From assembly GCA_002269645.1 (NCBI GenBank), contig NIVC01000945.1, forward strand, positions 186,001 to 250,000: a stretch of 64,000 nucleotides of DNA, read 5' to 3'. This document shows positions 44,901 to 56,354 of the stretch, piece after piece; positions within the stretch are counted from its first letter, which is position 1, and each line of letters starts with the position of its first letter. A program made the translations under genes and the position numbers. The notes under the pieces were generated by a model. That model searched no databases, was not told the origin of the DNA, and saw nothing but the letters and a program-made list of their open reading frames with translations. Source of the stretch: Macrostomum lignano (Eukaryota).

Positions 44901-47900
44901 GTGAGTCCGACGCTCTAACTACTAGGCTGCTGGGTTAGAATGGGGTGGTGGGTGAGAATGGGGTGGTGGGTTACAATGGGGTGGTGGGTGAGAATGGGGT
45001 GGTGGGTTACAATGGGGTGGTGGGTGAGAATGGGTTGGTGGGTGAGAATGGGGTGGTGGGTGAGAATGGGGTGGTGGGTTACAATGGGGTGGTGGGTTAG
45101 AATGGGGTGGTGGGTTACAATGGGGTGGTGGGTTAGAATTGGGTGGTGGGTTAGAATGGGGTGGTGGGTGAGAATGGGGTGGTGGGTGAGAATGGGGTGG
45201 TGGGTGAGAATGGGGTGGTGGGTGAGAATGGGGTGGTGGGTGAGAATGGGGTGGTGGGTTACAATGGGGTGGTGGGTGAGAATGGGGTGGTGGGTTAGAA
45301 TAGGTGAGGATTGGAACGGGTTCTGATCAAACAAGATGGCATGGAATGTGCAATATTGGCAACAGACGTGTGGCAGTGTATAGAAAAGGACGCAAAATAA
45401 ACTCACAGCGCAGATTGTATACATTGTTATAGTATTGTAAAGCAAAAGAATTGGGCTTTAACTTGATGACTTGGCGCTGGACAATTACCTTATAACTAAG
45501 ACAAAAATTTCAAAAAGTAAATTACAATTTGGATTTATTTTGAGAATGTTCGAGAAAATTAATGAATATCATACAGCACTAAGTGCCCGAACAAGCTTAC
45601 GAGTATAAATATTTAGTACAGTAATCATAAATCATTCGAAAAAAATGAGCAGAATTTAGCAGAAAAATATCGAGAAAGGAACTGCAAATAGGTTATATTA
45701 AAGGTCAGTATTAATATATATGACTGCACTGTTAATTATCATGAACTAATTTAATTATCTTCCAAAATATTTCATAGCACAAAGATTAATACAATACTTA
45801 TAAAATGACTCCCAGCAGAAATTATTATTTTTGATAACAAGTAAAACAAATTTGGCGCAAATTTAATATTCCAACCGCAGAGTTGACTACTTAGTTTAGA
45901 GAAATATCGTGAGCAGAGTAGAAACAATATGAGTCACTTCGAAGTAGCAAAAAACACAATCGAGCACAAATGTTTGAATTGAAAAAAATACAAAAAATCG
46001 TAATACAATACATTAATCTGCACAAAACACGAAAGCTACTGCAAGTAGCAATGCGACGATACTAATGTAGATTTACAGTTTCTTCCTTTCTTTCTCTAAG
46101 GCACGCCAGAATTCGGATTGGCAAAGTTTGGAGCAGCTAGGTTTCTAATCAGCGTGGCCGAGCTCGTACGAATCAGCCTGGGCGTCAGGTAGCTGCGCCT
46201 GCGGCTCACAATGCCCGCTGCTGGGGGCGGCGTCTGCGTCTCCGTCGACCAGCGGCGGCTGCCCGCTGAAGAGGTCAGGCCTGCGGGCGGAGTGGGGTGG
46301 GTGACTGGAGTGAGGTGGGTGACTGGAGTGGGGTGGGTGACTGGAGTGGGGTGGGTGACTGGAGTGGGGTGGGTGACTGGAGTGAAGTGGGTGACTAGAG
46401 TGAGGTGGGTGACTGGAGTGAGGTGGGTGACTGGAGTGGGGTGGGTGACTGGAGTAAGGGGGGGACTGGAGTGAGGTGGGTGACTGGAGTGAGGTGGGTG
46501 ACTGGAGTGAGGTGGGTGACTGGAGTGAGGTGGGTGACTGGAGTGAGGTGGGTGACTGGAGTGAGGTGGATGACTGGAGTGAGGTGGGTGACTGGAGTGA
46601 GGTGGGTGACTGGAGTGAGGTGGATGACTGGAGTGGGGTGGGTGAATGGAGTGGGGTGGGTGAATGGAGTGGGGTGAGTGAATAGAGTGGGGTGGGTGAC
46701 TGGAGGAGGGAGGTGGGTGTTTGGGTGTTAAGATAATTAAAAGTAATAAGAGGCTACCCTCGTAATTGGAGATTGACTGAGTGTTGAAAAAGTTTACAAT
46801 CAGCAGAGTTAGCCGTTCCAATTCAAAAGCATATTAGCACAACTTACAATATAAATATGAAAAAGTGAAATTAATGGCATGAAGGAATAAAATCAATGCA
46901 AAAGTGAGTTTTCTACTCAAATCGAAACTAAATTTGTCACTGTTTAACTCGATATTCTAAATTTTTGTTAAAAAATAGAAGTTCCAGATTGTTTAACAGT
47001 AATTTCTGGCAAGCAATATTTTCATCAGGTGATTCTGATTAATTTGGTTGATGAGGAAATGCGATTATCCATAAAATCCAATATAATAAAAGGGGATATT
47101 TAAAATATGAAACAAATTACTTGAAAAGTGAAAACTGTATCCTTCGTCTGCAAATTAAAGATGAGGATTGAGCAAATCTAATATCAACAGGTTAAATTGG
47201 GCTATAATTCAATCACGGCAGATAATAAATTAAGATAATTAACATAATAATGTTCATTAAGCAAGTTATTTACTACAAAGCTGAACAATAGTTGTGATAA
47301 TTGAGACCTCAGCTTACCCAGACGCCTTTTCAACAGACCAACTAAACAATTCACTTTGAGCAGAATCCAGCCCGCTTAAGTCGCCCACCGTTTCTGCTTT
47401 TGTTGTTGCTTTTAGCAATTTAAAGAAAAAGAAAATAAATATGATTAAACAGAATAAGGATAGGTGGAGACGATTTGATTTTAGCGTACTAATCAAATTT
47501 CAAATTTGTCAATGTAGAGATCTCCAAGCATAGTAGGCTACTAAAAGTAGCAAGATAAAAACATGAATACTACGGCTCGTATTTAAAATTAACATGCGTC
47601 ATACTCTATTTTCAGTAATGCATGCAGTATCACGTAAACAGCGAGTGATCGTTACATAGTCCAAAAAACCGGTTTTCAACCTAAATTTCCAAATATGGTA
47701 AAGGTCAAGTTAAATGCGATTTAGGCTTCACCCCTTTCTATGTAAAACCCCACAGGTCAGGAGACAAAGTCCATCTTTTGATTCTTATCAATAAAACCAG
47801 TTTGAAGCTCAAGGTCGAATGAAATCGTGTATAAATACAAGCAAAAATCCGAGCTGAAACCTCAGACTCGGAGCAGCCTTAAGAGATCTTAGGCTTAGCC

Positions 47901-50900
47901 AGAGTTACTAAGCAAGGCTATATCTCTGAGAGAGACAAACACCAATTGGTAAGCCTTTGTTAGAGTCTTTGTTATTTGAAGTCTTTGTTATTCGATTATT
48001 GAGAGCTGTGTCATTGCCGGCCGTTACTGATAAGTCGATTTATTGAGTTATTGAATTTGAGGCCCCCCTATTCCTAAGGGATTGGATAGGATCGGCGGAC
48101 CGGTTCCGATACTCTTAGTTGATTACTGATTGATTGATTTTGGTACCCTAGAGTAACCGATAGGAGCAAACGACTCCGATTCCGTTATTTCTAGAAGAAG
48201 ACGCCCTTTCGGAGGACCTCGTTATTGTTATAGAATTGACTTTGTTATTAGGGCGCATCTCTGCACTCGAGGAATATATTGATTTCTGCACTCGAGGAAT
48301 ATATCGATTTCTGCACTCGAGGAATATACTGACGTCGACGGACTAAGTTATTAAGCTCTCATATTCGGCCGATTCTATAATTCAAGACTACTCCGGAGGA
48401 AGAATATTTGAAGAGACGAGCTCGGAGAACCTGCCCGACAAAGAAGAGGAGCCCGCATCAGTAAGTGAACACTGAACCTTGTTCCCAGGCTTGAGGTCTG
48501 GAAGTGGGAGTTCGTGCGTTTAGACACTAGATTAATTTCTCTCTCTCTTCTCTTTCTCTCTCTCTCTTTCCCTCTCTCTCTAGTGTGCTAAAGCGAACTC
48601 TTCATCAAATTTGATTGTGCAGGTTTTAAGGTCAGATTTGACTGGGTGGACTTAAAGGTCAAATTTGATTGGGTGGCCTTAAAGGTCGAATTTGACTGGG
48701 TGGCCTTAAAGGTCAAATTTGACTGGGTGGCCTTAAAGGTCAAATTTGACTGGGTGGCCTTAAAGGTCAAATTTGATTGGGTGGCCTTAAAGGTCAAATT
48801 TGACTGGGTGGCCTTAAAGGTCAAATTTGATTGGGTGGCCTTAAAGGCCAAATTTGACTGGGTGGCCTTAAAGGTCAAATTTGATTGGGTGGCCTTAAAG
48901 GTCAAATTTGATTGGGTGGCCTTAAAGGTCAAATTTGATTGGGTGGCCTTAAAGGTCAAATTTGATTGGGTGGCCTTAAAGGTCAAATTTGATTGGGTGG
49001 CCTGACAGATACTAAAAATAACTAGATGGGCCACTCAGGCGTATATTAGTAACTTAGTAAAACAGCTTTCTACTTTTTAGTTCAGTAGCAAAGAAGAATA
49101 CTGCTGAAATGACTTTGATAAGTTTAGAAGCCCAAGCTTGCAGGCGTAACCAGCTTGCTTATTGGTTCAGCAATAATGTACATTAGCCAGTCCATTGAAA
49201 TGTACATGGCAGCTTTAGACTGGAACAACGGAGGAAAGTAATAAAAATTGGGCGGCGGGGCGGGGGTAGAGGTTCTGCGTGAAGTTTGAGGGTTTAAGCT
49301 GGGGGGGGGCGAAGAGCCAATAAATGCGCCTTATCTTTAAAAAAATAAAATGCTTCAGTTTAACTTACTACTAAACTGAAAGTAGCTTACACGCAAATGT
49401 GCTGAGTGGCCCATCTAGTTATTCTAGTATTTGTGGGTGGCTTAAAGGTAAAATTTAATTGGGTTGATTCTAAGGGTCAAATTTTATTGGGTGGCTTTGA
49501 AGATCAATTTTTATTGGGTGGCCTAGAAGGTCAAATTTGATTGGTTGGCCTTGAAGGCCAAATTTGATTGGGTAGATTTCAAGGTCAAATTTTATTGGGT
49601 GGCCTTGAAGGCCAAATTTGATTGGGTAGATTTGAAGGTCAAATTTTATTGGATGGCTCAATTATAATTACGAGCGTAGGTTTCCCCCTGGGAGCTTAAT
49701 AATGATAATCAGTAATCACGCCACCCCGAAAGCCAGTTTTAGTATCAAATAAAAACTTGAATTTCAATGAATAAATAAATATTGTCTACTTTAATTCTTA
49801 GGCGCCAAAGCATATATAATAATTAATATAATCATAATTAAAATTTACCTTCATCATCGGAATGAGTCATCGCCAATGAAGTGTCGGTGAATTCGTGTTT
49901 CTCCTGCTCAATATTAGCAGTCTGCTCTTCATGTTGCTCCTGTTGTTGCTCTGATTGTTGTGAATCTCGGGGAAAATCTTCAACACCAGTTGTTGTAGGG
50001 TTGCAGACTTGTTGTACAGCTTCCTGTTGCTGATTATTGGCAAGGGGTAAGGTTTAGAGATGCAGTTGATTGAATGCCGAGCATCAATTGTTTATTGATT
50101 GCATTTATTCTTAAAATGGGTACCTGGGGTGCATTAGGTGACTGTGAAGTGGCATCGGTGAATGTAGTGGGTGCGTGATTATAGTGGGTGGGTGAAGAGT
50201 GGGTGTGTGATTGGAGTGGGGTGGGTGAATGGAGTGGAATGGGTGAATAGAGTGGGTGGGTGAACGGAGTGGGTGGGTGAATGGAATGAGGTGGGAAAAC
50301 GGAGTTGGGTGAGTGAATGGAATGAGATGGGTGAACGGAGTTTGGTGGGTGAACGGAGTAGTGTGGGTGACTGGAGTGGGATGGCGTGGGTGAATGGAAT
50401 GAGGTGGGAAAACGGAGTTGGTGATTGAATGGAATGAGATGGGTGAACGGAGTGTGTTGGGTGAACGGAGTAGTGTGGGTAACTGGAGTGGAGTGGGTGA
50501 ATGGAATGAGGTGGGAAAACGGAGTTGGGTGAGTGAATGGAATAATATGGGTGAACTGAGTCTGAGTGTGGTGGGTGAACAGAGTTGGGTGCGTGAATGG
50601 AGTGGAATGGGTGATTAGAGATCTTCGACGTGAACAAAGCTCCAATGGCTATTGATTCATATCGTGTACTCTAAATATTGGCACTTTGACACAAGAAACG
50701 CACCTGATCAGGATTAACCGATTCCGCCGAAGCTCCAGCGTCCGCTACGTCATTTAAATCATTTTCTTTGTCGTCATCAGATGACTGGAGGCCACTGAGT
50801 TGTTGGAGAACTTTGGCCGTCTTACCGGTTCCAACGGTCAGCTGATCCAGCAGGGTCTCAGCTGCGCCGGGCCCTTCTGACGAAGGTAGCAATGCTTTCA

Positions 50901-53900
50901 TTAGGCGGGGCAGCGTCTCCAGCAGCTGCTCGAACTGCTTGTAGGCAACCAGGACGCCATCCTTGGTGTCGGGCTGGTCGGACTCTTGAGCGAACTGGGA
51001 TATCCGTATTGAATAAGTTGGATCATATATTATATTTACATAATTATAAAGGTGATTCTGTAGGGTGATTTGGGGCGATTCTGTAGGGCGATTCTGTAGG
51101 TGATTAGGGGCGATTCTGTAGGTGATTAGGGGCGGGTCTATGAAATTTGCTAGCAGGAAATCTGCTAGCCGAAGTTTGCTAGCCGAAGTTTGCTAGCGAT
51201 AATCTAACCAAAACCGGCGAACAGCAATTTACGAAGTTGTAATTTGCTAGAGACATTTATTCTTGTCCAATTTCGCAAGAAACTTTGCAGGACTTATCAT
51301 GCAGGACAAATAAATTTGCCTTTTTCGCTCTAATGACTCTCTTTGTCGTGCTTATTAGCAGTGATTTGCAAATTGCAATATATAATAATAATTGCAGCCT
51401 GCATTGTTGTATCGTAATATAATGCAATTAAAAATTACTAAATCAGAAATTTCTTTGTAGCTAGCACTCGTATGACAAGAATCTGAATGTAATTTATATA
51501 CAAAATGTGCTTGTTAATTCTATTCTTCTTAACACCTTTTAAAATGTGGCTACTTTGGTCAAGATAAATTACCGATTTTCTTTTTTTAAGAGTTTAGAAA
51601 GAGGCCGATCGCGGGCTAAAATAAAATTACGCAGCTGTAGTTCAGGTAGTTAAATTTAAACTTATCTATACACACAACTTTCAGTCTTAATGGCTGGTAG
51701 TGGCAGTATATAAGTATATGGCAGTGTGTGGTATATATTTATAAGTTATATATTTACTCGTACGAATCAAAGCAGCTCAAATCGGAATCAAAACACAGCA
51801 AATAACATGCAACAGCTACGAGAGCAAGGCAGCTAGCAAAATCCTTGCTAGCAAAATTCCTGCTAGCAGATTTCGGCTAGCGGATTTCGGCTAGCGGATT
51901 TCGGCTAGCACATTTCGGCTAGCAAACTTCGGCTAGCAGATTTCGGCTAGCACATTTCGGCTAGCAAACTTCGGCTAGCAGATTTCGGCTAGCACATTTC
52001 GGCTAGCAAACTTCGGCTAGCAGATTTCGGCTAGCACATTTCGGCTAGCAAACTTCGGCTAGCAGATTTCCTGCTAGCAGATTTCGTACTCCCTATATTT
52101 ACATAATTGTAAAGGCGATTCTGTAGGTTGATTTGGGGCGATTCTGTAGGGTGATTCTGTAGGTTGATTAGGGGCGATTCTGTAGGGTGATTAGGGGCGA
52201 TTCTGTAGGGTGATTAGGGGCAATTCTGTAGGGTGATTAGGGGCGATTCTGTAGGTTGATTAGGGGCGATTCTGTAGGGTGATTAGGGGCGATTCTGTAG
52301 GGTGATTAGGGGCGATTCTGTAGGGTGATTAGGGGCGATTCTGTAGGGTGATTAGGGGCGATTCTGTAAGGTGATTAGGGGCGATTCTGTAGGGTGATTA
52401 GGGGCGATTCTGTAGGGTGATTAGGGGCGATTCTGTAGGGTGATTAGGGGCGATTCTGTAGGGTGATTAGGGGCGATTCTGTAGGGTGATTAGGGGCGAT
52501 TCTGTAGGGTGATTAGGGGCGATTCTGTAGGGTGATTAGGGGCGATTCTGTAGGGTGATTAGGGGCGATTCTGTAGGGTGATTAGGGGCGATTCTGTAGG
52601 GTGATTAGGGGCGATTCTGTAGGGTGATTAGGGGCGATTCTGTAGGGTGATTAGGGGCGATTCTGTAGGGTGATTAGGGGCGATTCTGTAGGGTGATTAG
52701 GGGCGATTCTGTAGGGTGATTAGGGGCGATTCTGTAGGGTGATTAGGGGCGATTCTGTAGGGTGATTAGGGGCGATTCTGTAGGTTGATTAGGGGCGATT
52801 CTGTAGGGTGATTAGGGGCGATTCTGTAGGGTGATTAGGGGCGATTCTGTAGGGTGATTAGGGGCGATTCTGTAGGGTGATTAGGGGCGATTCTGTAGGG
52901 TGATTAGGGGCGATTCTGTAGGGTGATTAGGGGCGATTCTGTAGGGTGATTTGGGGCGATTCTGTAGGGTGATTAGGGGCGATTCTGTAGGTTGATTAGG
53001 GGCGATTCTGTAGGGTGATTAGGGGCGAATCTGTAGGCTGATTAGGGGCGATTCTGTAGGGTGATTAGGGGCGATTCTGTAGGTTGATTAGGGGCGATTC
53101 TGTAGGGTGATTAGGGGCGATTCTGTAGGGTGATTTGGGGCGATTCTGTAGGGTGATTAGGGGCGATTCCGTAGGTTGATTTGAGGCGATTCTGTAGGGT
53201 GATTAGGGGCGATTCTGTAGGGTGATTAGGGGCGATTCTGTAGGTGATTAGGGGCGATTCTGTAGGGTGATTAGGGGCGATTCTGTAGGTTGATTAGGGG
53301 CGATTCTGTAGGGTGATTTGGGGCGATTCTGTAGGGTGATTTGGGGCGATTCTGTAGGTTGATTAGGGGCGATTCTGTAGGGTGATTAGGGGCGATTCTG
53401 TAGGGTGATTTGGGGCAATTCTGTAGGGTGATTAGGGGCGATTCTGTAGGGTGATTTGGGGCGATTCTGTAGGGTGATTAGGGGCGATTCTGTAGGGTGA
53501 TTTGGGGCAATTCTGTAGGGTGATTAGGGGTGATTCTGTAGGGTGATTAGGGGCGATTCTGTAGGGTGATTTGGGGCGATTCTGTAGGGTGATTAGGGGT
53601 GATTCTGTAGGGTGATTAGGGGCGATTCTGTAGGGTGATTAGGGGTGATTCTGTAGGGTGATTAGGTGCGATTCTGTAGGGTGATTAGGGGTGATTCTGT
53701 AGGGTGATTAGGGGTGATTCTGTAGGGTGATTAGGGGCGATTCTGTAGGGTGATTAGGGGCGATTCTGTAGGGTGATTAGGGGTGATTCTGTAGGGTGAT
53801 TAGGTGCGATTCTGTAGGGTGATTAGGGGTGATTCTGTAGGGTGATTTAGTGATCCCTTTGCAGAGCTCAAATACAAGCATCTCACCTCAGCAACAGCGT

Positions 53901-56134
53901 CAAAAGATTCCGGGTTGAGGTTGAGCACCGAACACAGCTGGCTGCGCAACTCCGAAGCTAACTGCAATTGCCTGGCTGACAAGCTGTCAATCTGAGCTTC
54001 ATCTACGCCGACAGCAGAGAGACTGGAAGGTTGATCCTGCAACGGTTCTAACTGGGATTGATCGGCGGCTCTATCAATCGACCCAGGACTAACTATCAGA
54101 GACGAGTCTTCGTTAGCAATCGGAGTTGAAGGCGACGATGACGAGTCAGGCGAGTCGGAACGATTGTGCAGCATCTCGCCAGCTGATGAAGCCTCTGACT
54201 GAGGCAGCGAGGGCAACGGCATGTCCTCCTGGTCTTCAATGTCGTCTTCTTTCTCTTCCGTCAGAGTTGAGCCTCGAGTACTGCTGATAAAATGGGAGAC
54301 GGAATGTTAAAGAGATTGCAAGTCAGTTACTTGAAAGGTCAGACCACCAACTACTGACAATTAGGTCAGACCACCAACTACTGACAATTAGGTCAGACCA
54401 CCAACTACTGACAATTAGGTCAGACCCAACTACTGACAATTAGGTCAGACCCAACTACTGACAACTAGGTCAGACCACCAACTACTGACAATTAGGTCAG
54501 ACCACCAACTACTGACAATTAGGTCAGACCCAACTACTGACAATTAGGTCAGACCCAACTACTGACAACTAGGTCAGACCACCAACTACTGACAATTAGG
54601 TCAGACCCAAAAAACCAAAATTACGTAGGTTAGCACCTACCCAAAAGCTGGCCAGATTAAGGTACTCAAAGTTTATTTCAGACCCAGACACTCTAAGGTC
54701 AGGTCAGATCCCCAGAAACTCAAAGGTCAGGTCAGATCCCTAGAAACTCAAAGGTCAGGTCAGATCCTTAAAAACTCAAAGGTCAGGTCAGATCCCCAAA
54801 AACTCAAAGGTCACGTCAGACTCCCAGAAACTCAAAGGTCACGTCAGACCCCCAGAAACTCAAAGGTTAGGTCAGATCCTTAAAAATTCAAAGGTCAGGT
54901 CAGACCCCCAGAAACTCAAAGGTCACGTCAGACTCCCAGAAACTCAAAGGTCATGACAGACCCCCAGAAACTCAAAGGTCAGGTCAGATCCCTAGAAACT
55001 CAAAGGTCACGTCAGACCACCAGAAACTCAAAGGTCACGTCAGACTCCCAGAAACTCAAAGGTCATGACAGACCCCCAGAAACTCAAAGGTCACGTCAGA
55101 CCCCCAGAAACTCAAAGGTCACGTCAGACCCCCAGAAACTCAAAGGTCACGTCAGACTCCCAGAAACTCGAAGGTCATGTCAGACCCCCAGAAACTCAAA
55201 GGTCATGACAGACCCCCCAGAAACTCGCAGGTCAGGTCAGACTCCGGATACTCTAAGGTCATGTCAAACCCCTAGACTCTAAGGTCAGGTCAGACCGCCA
55301 GACACAAAAAAAAATCACTGTGGGTAGGTCAGTCTAAGCTACTCAAAAATCCAGGTCAAACACACTCACCTTGAAGCGACCGCATCCTCACTCAATGGAC
55401 TGGACCCGCTGGCCATCTCAGCCGGAGCGGAGGTGACAGAGCCAATGCTATTAACCGAACCCGATCTGTTTATGTTGACAGCTTTAAATCGTTCCTGTAA
55501 TTTTTTAATCGACTCAACAATATCGCTAGCTGAAGTGTCGGTCTCTCTGTCTGAGAATGGCATTTTAGGCTTGTCTTTGCGCAGGTTGAACACCACTAGA
55601 AGAGACTCGGTGCGGCTAGTGCTCGGGTGGTCAATCACCATGCGGAACTCCGTAGGTTGGCGACCGCTAGATGACGATTTCTGTTGGCGGCCTTCGAACA
55701 CGTGGATAACGTTTGGCATAGGGATGATAGGCGGGCAGCTGACAGCTCGCAGGCTGCCCATATTGCCAACGTCTGAGGCCTCTGAGGAGCCTGAGCCGCC
55801 CACTGACATGCTCTGGCCTGAGGTGGGAAACGATGGGGCATTACTTAAATACAAAATTAATAAGAGACAGCCCTGTGCGTCTATGCGGACCTAATATTGA
55901 TTTCTATCTATACAGCCCTTGCCCGACTACCTGTGTTTCTATCTACCGGTATATATGCCATTCTGCCTGTCTCCCTCTCGACCTGCATCCCTCGCTGTAT
56001 GTCTGGTCTGTCTGTCCTGTCTGCCTGTCTTAGTGTCTGTCTGTCTGTCTGTCTGTCTTAGTGTCTGTCTGTCTGTCTGTCTGTCTATCTGTCTGTCTGT
56101 CTGTCTGTCTGTGTGTCTGTCTGTCTGTCTGTCG

Positions 56135-56166
<32 letters not shown>

Positions 56167-56167
56167 G

Positions 56168-56216
<49 letters not shown>

Positions 56217-56219
56217 TAG

Positions 56220-56270
<51 letters not shown>

Positions 56271-56271
56271 G

Positions 56272-56354
<83 letters not shown>

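Noticed and set aside
47650-48475. Solo LTR
   Set aside because: Promoter-like composition, but no clear TG..CA ends, TSD or second copy in the window.
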